In this document: one piece after another, positions 40,810-53,867 of the stretch
Layout of the letters: each line of letters starts with the position of its first letter
How positions within the stretch are numbered: the stretch's first letter is position 1
Assembly: GCA_002269645.1 (NCBI GenBank)
Contig: NIVC01000508.1
Coordinates: 1 to 64,000, forward strand
Direction of reading: 5' to 3'
From: Macrostomum lignano
Lineage: Eukaryota
DNA: 64,000 nt
Position numbers and translations under genes: made by a program
Notes under the pieces: generated by a model
Databases searched by the model: none
Seen by the model: the letters and a program-made list of their open reading frames with translations, nothing else
What the model was told of the DNA's origin: nothing

Positions 40810-41638
40810 TCGCTAATTGGGTGCTCTCGGGTTCTGCTGGCCAATCGCCTCCTGCTGGGCCGGTTGCCACCGCCGCCCGCAGTCAGCCTGGTACTGCAGT
40901 CTTCTCGTTGCTTAGCAACGCGTCGTCAGCTGCCGGACGCTGGCCAGCAATCGCAGCAGCAGCAACAGCAACAGAAAAATAATCAGAGCCGCAGGCTGTG
41001 CAGCTCACACGGCCATATCGACTCAAGTCTAGGCGGCACCAACATCGACGCTAAACAGTCCGTTCGATCCACAGAATGGGGCACCGTGAAGTACATGCTG
41101 AACTTTGTCTGGCCGAAGGATAAACCGGGAATCCGGGCCAGAGTGCTGCTAGCTTTGGGCCTGCTAGCCGGATCTAAGCTGGTTAATGTGCAGGTGAGCG
41201 TCTAAGTGTCTGAGCGTCCGGCTCTCGCGCCACAACTCCCCTCCCCTTGCCCCCTGGGTTTTGGGGCCTTTGGTGCGCGAAGCTTGGCCAAGGGGTTGAC
41301 TTTCATGCCTGTGCACCATGTGTGAGCGTGTGTATGAGTGCGTGCCTGCGTACAGTATTGGCGCGCTTGTCTGTGCTCAGGAGTCCGAGGAATGGGCAGA
41401 ATTGCCGTCAGCGCTAGCTGTGGGACAAAGTCGCCGAAGGCGTTGTTCCAGTGTGCTCGCAGCCTTCCCGAAAATATTTATTTTTGTAAACTGAACTTCA
41501 ATTCAGGCTGTCTGTCTTTCTGTCATAGTGTCTGTCTGTGTGTCTGTCTGTGTGTCTGTCTGTCTGTCTGTCTGTGTGTCTGTCTGTGTGTCTGTCTGTG
41601 TGTCTGTCTGTCTGTCTGTCTGTGTGTCTGCCTTTCTT

Positions 41639-41693
<55 letters not shown>

Positions 41694-41712
41694 GCCTTTC
41701 TTTCTGTCTTTG

Positions 41713-41745
<33 letters not shown>

Positions 41746-41773
41746 TAGTGTGTCCTAGATCTGTCTGCTTGCC

Positions 41774-41818
<45 letters not shown>

Positions 41819-44800
41819 CCATTAGGTCTGCTGTCTAATGTCTGTGTTACAGATGTTTCTACATATATACGCGTAATGCCTCTCTGTCTGTGGAGGTCTG
41901 CCTACACACGGATCAAATATCGAATTCCAATGGTTTGCAAATTCTCAAACAGCGCCGCCTCTCCCGCTCCCAACCGCAGGTGCCCTTCCTATTCAAGTAC
42001 GCAGTGGACGCAGTCAATGACGCCAACACGGCCATAGGTTCCGCTGTAGGCGATGGTGCACCTGTTGTAGCCGCCGCGTTGTTCTCAGTTACTGGCCTTA
42101 TCGCGTCGTACGGCGTTGCCAGGGCAACCGCTAGCGGTTTTAACGAGCTCCGTAATGCGGTATTCGCCCGCGTTGCTCAGGACTCGATTCGCCGTGTTGC
42201 CAAAACTGTATTCCTGCACCTGCACAGCCTTGATTTGCAGTTTCATCTGAATAGGCAGACTGGGGCTCTGTCCAGGGCTATTGACCGAGGCACCAGGTGA
42301 GAATCGCTCCACACCATGAGAATCGCCCCACATCAAGAAACCCCACACCATGAGAATTGTCCCACACATCAAGAAACCCTACACCATGAGAATCGCCCCA
42401 CATCAAGAAACCCCACACCATGAGAATCGCCCACACATCAAGAAACCCCACACCATGAGAATCGCCCCACATCAAGAAACCCCACACCATGAGAATCGCC
42501 CCACATCAAGAAACCCCACACCATGAGAATCGCCCACACATCAAGAAACCCCACACCATGAGAATCGCCCACACATCAAGAAACCCCACACCATGAGAAT
42601 CGCCCCCCCCATCAAGAAACCCCACACCATGAGATTCGCCCCCCATCAAGAAACCCCACACCATGAGAATCGCCCCCCATCAAGAAACCCCACACCATGA
42701 GAATCGCCCACACATCAAGAAACCCCACACCATGAGAATCGCCCACACATCAAGAAACCCCACACCATGAGAATCGCCCCACATCAAGAAACCCCACACC
42801 ATGAGAATCGCCCACACATCAAGAAACCCCACACCATGAGAATCGCCCACACATCAAGAAACCCCACACCATGAGAATCGCCCACACATCAAGAAACCCC
42901 ACACCATGAGAATCGCCCCCCCCATCAAGAAACCCCACACCATGAGATTCGCCCCCCATCAAGAAACCCCACACCACGAGAGTTGTCCCCCATTAAGAAA
43001 CCCTGGGGTTGTAGCCTAGTGGTTAAAGCGTCGCACCCACGACTTGAAGGTCGGGGGTTCGATTTCTGATCCAATTGGAACAATTTGTGTCCTTGAGCAA
43101 GACACTTAACTCTGCATTGCTTCAGTTCACCCAGCTGTAAAATGGGTGCCAGCATTAGATGGGGTAATTGAGGCTGTGTGGCGACTCCCCAGTCCTTGGT
43201 CTGAACAGCCGTACGCAGCCTTCAGATGCGCGGTGCAATAGCTGCGGCTGAGCTGTCGGTTGCACATCTGGCCCAATTGGGCAGGTGTAATCAATTATTA
43301 ATATTATAAATAAACCCCTCACCATGAGAATCGCCAATCACACAACCCCGCAGAGGCATCAACTACATACTAAATGCAATAGTATTTAACGTGGCGCCAA
43401 CCGCCCTGGAGGTGTCCCTAGTAACCGGCATTCTGTGGTACAAGTGCGGCCCAGCCTACGCCGGGGTGGCCATCGCCAGCATCGCCTCCTACGCGGCTTT
43501 CACATTCAGCTTCACCCAATGGCGCACGAAATTTCGTCAGCAGATGAACAAGGCGGATAATTTGGCTGGCAATCACGCTATTGATTCGTTGATTAATTAT
43601 GAGACTGTTAAGTATTTTAATAATGAGCGCTTTGAGGCCGACGAATACGACCGATTGTTGAAGGTAAGTCTTTATTGGTTGGCAGCTAGTTCTACCTGGG
43701 GAGATAGACTTGCAGCCAAATCTACTCAGGTAGATAAATAGACTTGCAGCCATATCTACTCAGGTAGATAAATAGACTTGCAGCCATATCTACTCATGTA
43801 GATAAATAGACTTGCAGCCATGTCTACTCAGGTAGATAAATAGACTTGCAGCCATATCTACTCAGGTAGATAAATAGACTTGCAGCCATATCTACTCATG
43901 TAGATAAATAGACTTGCAGCCATATCTACTCATGTAGATAAATAGACTTGCAGCCATATCTACTCATGTAGATAAATAGACTTGCAGCCATATCTACTCA
44001 TGTAGATAAATAGATTTGCAGCCATATCTACTCAGGTAGATAAATAGACTTGCAGCCATATCTACTCAGGCAGATAAATGGACTTGCAGCCATATCTACT
44101 CAGGCAGATAAATAGACTTGCAGCCATATCTACTCAGGTAGATAAATAGACTTGCAGCCATATCTACTCAGGTAGATATATAGACTTGCAGCCATATCTA
44201 CTCTGGTAGATAGACTCGCAGCCATATCTACTCAGGCAGATAAATAGACTCGCAGCCATATCTACTCAGGCAGATAAATAGACTTGCAGCCATATCTACT
44301 CAGGTAGATATATAGACTCGCAGCCATATCTACTCAGGTAGATAAATAGACTCGCAGCCATATCTACTCAGGTAGACAGACTCGCAGCCATATCTACTCA
44401 GGTAGACAGACTCGCAGCCATATCTACTCAGGTAGACAGACTCAGCCATATCTACTCAGGTAGACAGACTCACAGCCATATCTACTCAGGTAGACAGACT
44501 CGCAGCCATACCTACTCAGGTAGACAGACTCAGCCATATCTACTCAGGTAGACAGACTCAGCCATATCTACTCAGGTAGACAGACACAGCCATATCTACT
44601 CAGGTAGACAGACTCAGTCATATCTACTCAGGTAGATAGACTCACAGCCATATCTACTCAGGTAGACAGACTCAGCCATATCTACTCAGGTAGACAGACT
44701 CACAGCCATATCTACTCAGGTAGACAGACTCACAGCCATATCTACTCAGGTAGACAGACACAGCCATATCTACTCAGGTAGACAGACTCACAGCCATATC

Positions 44801-47800
44801 TACTCAGGTAGACAGACTCGCAGCCATATCTACTCAGGTAGACAGACTCACAGCCATATCTACTCAGGTAGACAGACTCGCAGCCATATCTACTCAGGTA
44901 GACAGACTCACAGCCATATCTACTCAGGTAGACAGACTCGCAGCCATATCTACTCAGGTAGATAGACTCACAGCCATATCTACTCAGGTAGACAGACTCG
45001 CAGCCATATCTACTCAGGTAGACAGACTCACAGCCATATCTACTCAGGTAGACAGACACAGCCATATCTACTCAGGTAGACAGACTCACAGCCATATCTA
45101 CTCAGGTAGACAGACTCGCAGCCATATCTACTCAGGTAGACAGACTCACAGCCATATCTACTCAGGTAGACAGACTCACAGCCATATCTACTCAGGTAGA
45201 CAGACTCGCAGCCATATCTACTCAGGTAGACAGACTCACAGCCATATCTACTCAGGTAGACAGACTCGCAGCCATATCTACTCAGGTAGATAGACTCACA
45301 GCCATATCTACTCAGGTAGACAGACTCACAGCCATATCTACTCAGGTAGACAGACTCGCAGCCATATCTACTCAGGTAGACAGACTCACAGCCATATCTA
45401 CTCAGGTAGACAGACTCACAGCCATATCTACTCAGGTAGATAGACTCACAGCCATATCTACTCAGGTAGACAGACTCACAGCCATATCTACTCAGGTAGA
45501 CAGACTCGCAGCCATATCTACTCAGGTAGACAGACTCACAGCCATATCTACTCAGGTAGACAGACTCACAGCCATATCTACCCAGGTAGATAGACTCGCA
45601 GCCATACCTACTCAGGTAGATAGACTCACAGCCATATCTACTCAGGTAGATAGACTCACAGCCATATCTACTCAGGTAGATAGACTCACAGCCATATCTA
45701 CTCAGGTAGATAGACTCAGCCATATCTACCCAGTCCCGTCATGGATCACCAATCCAAATGCCATATCCGCAGGACTACGAACGCGCATCGCTCCGCATTC
45801 AGACCAGCCTAGCGGCGCTGAACTGGGGCCAGAGCGCCATATTCAGCGCCGGATTAACAGCTGTAATGCTACTAGCGGCCAGCGACATAGCAGCCGGCAG
45901 TCTGACAATAGGCGATCTGGTTATGGTTAACGGCCTATTGTTTCAATTAACAATACCATTGAACTTTCTTGGCTCAGTTTATCGGGATATGCGCCAAGCT
46001 TTAGTTGATATGCACGCCATGTTTAGTCTGCTACAATTGCGCGGCCAATCTGATTATGATGCTGCAGATGAGGCTAAGCCGAAATTGAATGCCAGGCCCG
46101 ATCGAGCCGAAGTGGAATTTCGCGATGTTAACTTTGGCTACGTTCCGGGTAGTGACATTTTATCCGGCTTGAGCTTCACTGTGCCCTCCGGCAAGAAGGT
46201 GGCTTTAGTTGGCGGCAGCGGTAGCGGCAAGTCAACTATAGTGCGACTATTGTACCGCTTCTTTGAGGCCCAATCGGGTTCTATACTCATTAATGGTGTG
46301 GACATTCGGCAGGCTAGTTTGGGCGAGCTGCGCAAAGCTGTTTCTATTATACCGCAGGTAAAATATTCTAGGGGTATTCGGAATTGCAGTACTAGTAGTT
46401 AGTAGTAGTAGTTAGAAGTAGTAGTAGTTACTAGTAGTCGTAGTAGTAGTAGTAGTAGTAGTTACTAGTAGTCGTAGTAGTAGTAGTAGTAGTAGTAGTT
46501 AGTAGTAGTAGTAGTATAGTAGTAGTAGTACTCGTAGTAGTAGGTAGTAGTAGTAGTAGTAGTAGTACTCATAGTAGTAGTAGTAAGTAGTAGTAGTACT
46601 CATAGTAGTAGTAGTAAGTAGTAGTAGTACTCGTAGTAGTAAGTAGTAGTAGTAGTACGATAGTTTAAATAAGTAAGTAATAGTAGTAAGTAGTTTAACA
46701 CAATTTCCAAACACCCTTAACCTGACCTATCGACAACCCACCACAGGACTGCGTGCTCTTCAACAACACCATTCGTCACAATATACACTACGGCGACCTC
46801 TCAGCCACACCCGAACAGGTGGAAGCCGCTGCCCGCCTAGCCGATCTTCACGATTCAATTATGCGAATGCCGAGACAGTACGATACTGTTGTTGGCGAGC
46901 GGGGACTCAAGCTTAGCGGTGGAGAGAAACAACGAGTAGCAATTGCTAGAGCCGTGCTCAAACAGGCGCCTATCCTTATCTACGATGAGGCCACTTCGAG
47001 TCTGGATTCTATTACAGAGAAGAATATTCTTAGTAAGTCTGGTTTTTCTACTATCTAAGTTTGTACTTCTCTCCAGTGTCTAAAAAGTTTCCTGGGGTGC
47101 CGACACACCTGAAGATGCTATGAGTAGCGGCACCCACTCCTAAAAAAGTGGCACCCACCCTGAAGAATCGGAGGGTAGCGACACCCACCCCTGAAGAATC
47201 AGAGGTTAGAGACACCCACCACCCCTGAAGAATCGGAGGTTAGAGACACCCACCACCCCTGAAGAATCAGAGGTTAGAGACACCCACCACCCCTGAAGAA
47301 TCGGAGGTTAGAGACACCCACCACCCCTGAAGAATCGGAGGTTAGAGACACCCACCATCCCTGAAGAATCGGAGGTTAGAGACACCCACCACCCCTGAAG
47401 AATCAGAGGTTAGAGACACCCACCACCCCTGAAGAATCAGAGGTTAGAGACACCCACCACCCCTGAAGAATCAGAGGTTAGAGACACCCACCACCCCTGA
47501 AGAATCAGAGGTTAGAGACACCCACCACCCCTGAAGAATCGTAGGTTAGAGACACCCACCACCCCTGAAGAATCGGAGGTTAGAGACACCCACCACCCCT
47601 GAAGAATCGGAGGTTAGAGACACCCACCACCCCTGAAGAATCAGAGGTTAGAGACACCCACCACCCCTGAAGAATCGGAGGTTAGAGACACCCACCACCC
47701 CTGAAGAATCGGAGGTTAGAGACACCCACCACCCCTGAAGAATCGGAGGTTAGAGACACCCACCACCCCTGAAGAATCGGAGGTTAGAGACACCCACCAC

Positions 47801-50800
47801 CCCTGAAGAATCGGAGGTTAGAGACACCCACCACCCCTGAAGAATCGGAGGTTAGAGACACCCACCACCCCTGAAGAATCGGAGGTTAGAGACACCCACC
47901 ATCCCTGAAGAATCGGAGGTTAGAGACACCCACCACCCCTGAAGAATCAGAGGTTAGAGACACCCACCACCCCTGAAGAATCAGAGGTTAGAGACACCCA
48001 CCACCCCTGAAGAATCAGAGGTTAGAGACACACACCACCCCTGAAGAATCGTAGGTTAGAGACACCCACCACCCCTGAAGAATCGTAGGTTAGAGACACC
48101 CACCACCCCTGAAGAATCGGAGGTTAGAGACACCCACCACCCCTGAAGAATCAGAGGTTAGAGACACCCACCACCCCTGAAGAATCAGAGGTTAGAGACA
48201 CCCACCACCCCTGAAGAATCGGAGGTTAGAGACACCCACCACCCCTGAAGAATCGGAGGTTAGAGACACCCACCACCCCTGAAGAATCGGAGGTTAGAGA
48301 CACCCACCACCCCTGAAGAATCGGAGGTTAGAGACACCCACCATCCCTGAAGAATCGGAGGTTAGAGACACCCACCACCCCTGAAGAATCAGAGGTTAGA
48401 GACACCCACCACCCCTGAAGAATCAGAGGTTAGAGACACCCACCACCCCTGAAGAATCAGAGGTTAGAGACACCCACCACCCCTGAAGAATCAGAGGTTA
48501 GAGACACCCACCACCCCTGAAGAATCGTAGGTTAGAGACACCCACCACCCCTGAAGAATCGGAGGTTAGAGACACCCACCACCCCTGAAGAATCAGAGGT
48601 TAGAGACACCCACCACCCCTGAAGAATCAGAGGTTAGAGACACCCACCACCCCTGAAGAATCGTAGGTTAGAGACACCCACCACCCCTGAAGAATCGGAG
48701 GTTAGAGACACCCACCACCCCTGAAGAATCAGAGGTTAGAGACACCCACCACCCCTGAAGAATCAGAGGTTAGAGACACCCACCACCCCTGAAGAATCAG
48801 AGGTTAGAGACACCCACCACCCCTGAAGAATCAGAGGTTAGAGACACCCACCACCCCTGAAGAATCAGAGGTTAGAGACACCCACCACCCCTGAAGAATC
48901 GGAGGTTAGAAACACCCACCACCCCTGAAGAATCAGAGGTTAGAGACACCCACCACCCCTGAAGAATCAGAGGTTAGAGACACCCACCACCCCTGAAGAA
49001 TCGGAGGTTAGAGACACCCACCACCCCTGAAGAATCGGAGGTTAGAGACACCCACCACCCCTGAAGAATCAGAGGTTAGAGACACACACCACCCCTGAAG
49101 AATCAGAGGTTAGAGACACACACCACCCCTGAAGAATCAGAGGTTAGAGACACCCACCACCCCTGAAGAATCGGAGGTTAGAGACACCCACCACCCCTGA
49201 AGAATCAGAGGTTAGAGACACCCACCACCCCTGAAGAATCGGAGGTTAGAGACACCCACCACCCCTGAAGAATCGGAGGTTAGAGACACCCACCACCCCT
49301 GAAGAATCAGAGGTTAGAGACACCCACCACCCCTGAAGAATCAGAGGTTAGAGACACCCACCACCCCTGAAGAATCGTAGGTTAGAGACACCCACCACCC
49401 CTGAAGAATCGTAGGTTAGAGACACCCACCACCCCTGAAGAATCGTAGGTTAGAGACACCCACCACCCCTGAAGAATCGGAGGTTAGAGACACCCACCAC
49501 CCCTGAAGAATCGGAGGTTAGAGACACCCACCACCCCTGAAGAATCGGAGGTTAGAGACACCCACCACCCCTGAAGAATCAGAGGTTAGAGACACCCACC
49601 ACCCCTGAAGAATCGGAGGTTAGAGACACCCACCACTCCTGAAGAATCAGAGGTTAGAGACACCCACCACCCCTGAAGAATCAGAGGTTAGAGACACCCA
49701 CCACCCCTGAAGAATCAGAGGTTAGAAACACCCACCACCCCTGAAGAATCAGAGGTTAGAGACACCCACCACCCCTGAAGAATCAGAGGTTAGAGACACC
49801 CACCACCCCTGAAGAATCGGAGGTTAGAGACACCCACCACCCCTGAAGAATCGGAGGTTAGAGACACCCACCACCCCTGAAGAATCAGAGGTTAGAGACA
49901 CACACCACCCCTGAAGAATCAGAGGTTAGAGACACACACCACCCCTGAAGAATCAGAGGTTAGAGACACCCACCACCCCTGAAGAATCGGAGGTTAGAGA
50001 CACCCACCACCCCTGAAGAATCAGAGGTTAGAGACACCCACCACCCCTGAAGAATCAGAGGTTAGAGACACCCACCACCCCTGAAGAATCAGAGGTTAGA
50101 AACACCCACCACCCCTGAAGAATCAGAGGTTAGAGACACCCACCACCCCTGAAGAATCAGAGGTTAGAGACACCCACCACCCCTGAAGAATCGGAGGTTA
50201 GAGACACCCACCACCCCTGAAGAATCGGAGGTTAGAGACACCCACCACCCCTGAAGAATCGGAGGTTAGAGACACCCACCATCCCTGAAGAATCGGAGGT
50301 TAGAGACACCCACCACCCCTGAAGAATCAGAGGTTAGAGACACCCACCACCCCTGAAGAATCAGAGGTTAGAGACACCCACCACCCCTGAAGAATCAGAG
50401 GTTAGAGACACCCACCACCCCTGAAGAATCAGAGGTTAGAGACACCCACCACCCCTGAAGAATCGTAGGTTAGAGACACCCACCACCCCTGAAGAATCGG
50501 AGGTTAGAGACACCCACCACCCCTGAAGAATCAGAGGTTAGAGACACCCACCACCCCTGAAGAATCAGAGGTTAGAGACACCCACCACCCCTGAAGAATC
50601 GTAGGTTAGAGACACCCACCACCCCTGAAGAATCGGAGGTTAGAGACACCCACCACCCCTGTAGAATCAGAGGTTAGAGACACCCACCACCCCTGAAGAA
50701 TCAGAGGTTAGAGACACCCACCACCCCTGAAGAATCAGAGGTTAGAGACACCCACCACCCCTGAAGAATCAGAGGTTAGAGACACCCACCACCCCTGAAG

Positions 50801-52710
50801 AATCAGAGGTTAGAGACACCCACCACCCCTGAAGAATCGGAGGTTAGAAACACCCACCACCCCTGAAGAATCAGAGGTTAGAGACACCCACCACCCCTGA
50901 AGAATCAGAGGTTAGAGACACCCACCACCCCTGAAGAATCGGAGGTTAGAGACACCCACCACCCCTGAAGAATCGGAGGTTAGAGACACCCACCACCCCT
51001 GAAGAATCAGAGGTTAGAGACACACACCACCCCTGAAGAATCAGAGGTTAGAGACACACACCACCCCTGAAGAATCAGAGGTTAGAGACACCCACCACCC
51101 CTGAAGAATCGGAGGTTAGAGACACCCACCACCCCTGAAGAATCGGAGGTTAGAGACACCCACCACCCCTGAAGAATCGGAGGTTAGAGACACCCACCAC
51201 CCCTGAAGAATCGGAGGTTAGAGACACCCACCACCCCTGAAGAATCAGAGGTTAGAGACACCCACCACCCCTGAAGAATCAGAGGTTAGAGACACCCACC
51301 ACCCCTGAAGAATCGTAGGTTAGAGACACCCACCACCCCTGAAGAATCGTAGGTTAGAGACACCCACCACCCCTGAAGAATCGTAGGTTAGAGACACCCA
51401 CCACCCCTGAAGAATCGGAGGTTAGAGACACCACCACCCCTGAAGAATCGGAGGTTAGAGACACCCACCACCCCTGAAGAATCGGAGGTTAGAGACACCC
51501 ACCACCCCTGAAGAATCAGAGGTTAGAGACACCCACCACCCCTGAAGAATCGGAGGTTAGAGACACCCACCACTCCTGAAGAATCAGAGGTTAGAGACAC
51601 CCACCACCCCTGAAGAATCAGAGGTTAGAGACACCCACCACCCTGAAGAATCAGAGGTTAGAAACACCCACCACCCCTGAAGAATCAGAGGTTAGAGACA
51701 CCCACCACCCCTGAAGAATCAGAGGTTAGAGACACCCACCACCCCTGAAGAATCGGAGGTTAGAGACACCCACCACCCCTGAAGAATCGGAGGTTAGAGA
51801 CACCCACCACCCCTGAAGAATCGGAGGTTAGAGACACCCACCACCCCTGAAGAATCAGAGGTTAGAGACACACACCACCCCTGAAGAATCAGAGGTTAGA
51901 GACACCCACCACCCCTGAAGAATCGGAGGTTAGAGACACCCACCACTCCTGAAGAATCAGAGGTTAGAGACACCCACCACCCCTGAAGAATCAGAGGTTA
52001 GAGACACCCACCACCCCTGAAGAATCAGAGGTTAGAAACACCCACCACCCCTGAAGAATCAGAGGTTAGAGACACCCACCACCCCTGAAGAATCAGAGGT
52101 TAGAGACACCCACCACCCCTGAAGAATCGGAGGTTAGAGACACCCACCACCCCTGAAGAATCGGAGGTTAGAGACACCCACCACCCCTGAAGAATCAGAG
52201 GTTAGAGACACACACCACCCCTGAAGAATCAGAGGTTAGAGACACACACCACCCCTGAAGAATCAGAGGTTAGAGACACCCACCACCCCTGAAGAATCGG
52301 AGGTTAGAGACACCCACCACCCCTGAAGAATCGGAGGTTAGAGACACCCATCCCCCCTGAAGAATCGGAGGGTAGCGACACCCACCACCCCTGAAGAATC
52401 GGAGGGTAGCGACACCCATCCCTGAAGAATCGGTGACTGCAGTACAGTGCTGGCACTCAATCCTTCAAGTTCGCTCCCAATGCCGCCAACTACATGCTAA
52501 TTTTCAGACTCCCTAAAAGCCGCCTCCAGCGGTCGAACCTCAATCGTGATTGCGCACCGCCTGGCAACAGTGGTTGACAGCGATCTAATCTTGGTACTAC
52601 AGGGCGGTCGAGTTGTTGAGCAGGGCAACCACTACGAGCTCATAGCCCAGCCAGACAGCTTGTACAGTCATCTGTGGCGAGAGCAAAATAAAGGCGCTCA
52701 GGGATTTTGA
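40810..52710 (+). CDS. ABCB7: Mitochondrial ABC transporter ABCB7/ATM1: exons about 40810 (or 40767)-41193, 41980-42296, 43354-43663, 45773-46357, 46747-47032, 52508-52710
   Basis: All five introns are GT..AG and phase-consistent. The translation has [123 protein letters not shown], Walker [10 protein letters not shown], signature LSGGEKQR, Walker [12 protein letters not shown] and IAHRL. The start is ambiguous (see findings). Confidence 0.97.
41505..41830. repeat. (GTCT)n/(GTGTCT) microsatellite, ABCB7 intron 1
   Basis: Read directly. Confidence 0.95.
42297..43003. repeat. 34-35-bp minisatellite (ACCATGAGAATCGCCCACACATCAAGAAACCCCAC)n, ABCB7 intron 2
   Basis: Unit read directly; it starts at the donor site and resumes briefly after the SINE. 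Confidence 0.95.
43005..43310 (+). mobile_element. tRNA-derived CORE-like SINE (copy 2) inserted in ABCB7 intron 2
   Basis: Colinear with 6031-6342; A and B boxes present; flanked by AAACCC on both sides (possible TSD). Confidence 0.85.
43700..45730. repeat. 34-bp unit grading to a 30-bp unit (AGACAGACTCACAGCCATATCTACTCAGGT)n, ABCB7 intron 3
   Basis: Unit read directly; about 65 copies. Confidence 0.97.
46390..46690. repeat. (TAG)n microsatellite, ABCB7 intron 4
   Basis: Read directly. Confidence 0.95.
47125..52432. repeat. 34-bp minisatellite (CCCCTGAAGAATCRGAGGTTAGAGACACCCACCA)n, about 155 copies over 5.3 kb, ABCB7 intron 5
   Basis: Period 34 (ACCCCTGAAG at 47221 and 47255); very homogeneous. 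Confidence 0.98.
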
Positions 52711-53114
52711 ACTACTACTGTGTGCGTGCTAAACGCGATCAGTGCTACTTAATAGTAGCATAAATAGGGGAGCATTTTTAATTACGAAGTTGCCTTCCTT
52801 GACTGCCTTGCTTACATACTCATTTGGCATCAAGTAGATTGTTAGTGCGCGATATAGATATATGATAACAAATCAATTTATTGTAGCCCTGGATATTCTT
52901 AATAAGTACGTAATACAATGTGTTCTGCATAAGCTAACTCGAATGCTTATTTTAGTAAATACATGTAGATGTTGTTTAAATTAACGTACGCAAAGTTATT
53001 GAATTGTTGAATTAGATTATGTAATGGCGTGTCTATTATTCTTTTTAGTAATTGTATGAGCCTAAATTGTTTTTAAAGTTTTTTTTTCAAATTTCTTTTA
53101 TAATATAGTGCATA

Positions 53115-53780
53115 GGGCGATTCCCCAGGGGGGGGGGTAATTAGGGTAGGGCGATTAATTGGGGAGTGGAGGCGATTCCCTAGGTGGGTAATTAAGGAGG
53201 GGGCGATTCCCCAGGTGGGTAATTAAGGAGGGGGCGATTCCCTAGGTGGGTAATTAAGGAGGGGGGCGATTCCACAGGTGGGTAATTAAGGGGGGCGATT
53301 CCCCAGGTGAGTAATTAAGGGGGGCGATTCCCCAGGTGGGTAATTAAGGGGGGGCGATTCCCCAGGTGGGTAATTAAGGAGGGGTCGATTCCCCAGGTGG
53401 GTAATTAAGGAGGGGGGCGATTCCCTGGGGGATAATTAAGGAGGGGGGCGATTCCACAGGTGGGTAATTAAGGAGGGGGGCGATTCCCCTGGTGGGTAAT
53501 TAAGGAGGGGGCGATTCCCCTGGTGGGTAATTAAGGAGGGGGCGATTCCCCAGGTGGGTAATTAAGGAGGGGGCGATTCCCCAGGTGGGTAATTAAGGAG
53601 GGGGCGATTCCCCTGGTGGGTAATTAAGGAGGGGGCGATTCCCCAGGTGGGTAATTAAGGAGGGGGCGATTCCCCAGGTGGGTAATTAAGGAGGGGGCGA
53701 TTCCCCAGGTGGGTAATTAAGGAGGGGGCGATTCCCCAGGTGGGTAATTAAGGAGGGGGCGATTCCCCAGGTGGGTAGTT
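53115..53780. repeat. 31-bp minisatellite (GGGGGCGATTCCCCAGGTGGGTAATTAAGGA)n between ABCB7 and CCDC43
   Basis: Unit read directly. Confidence 0.95.
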
Positions 53781-53867
53781 GGAGGCGACAGAGGGGCACT
53801 AAAAATCTCAAATCTTCACAAATTTGTTTTCAGCGAGTTCCAACACCTTCAAGCAGCAGGAGCAGCA

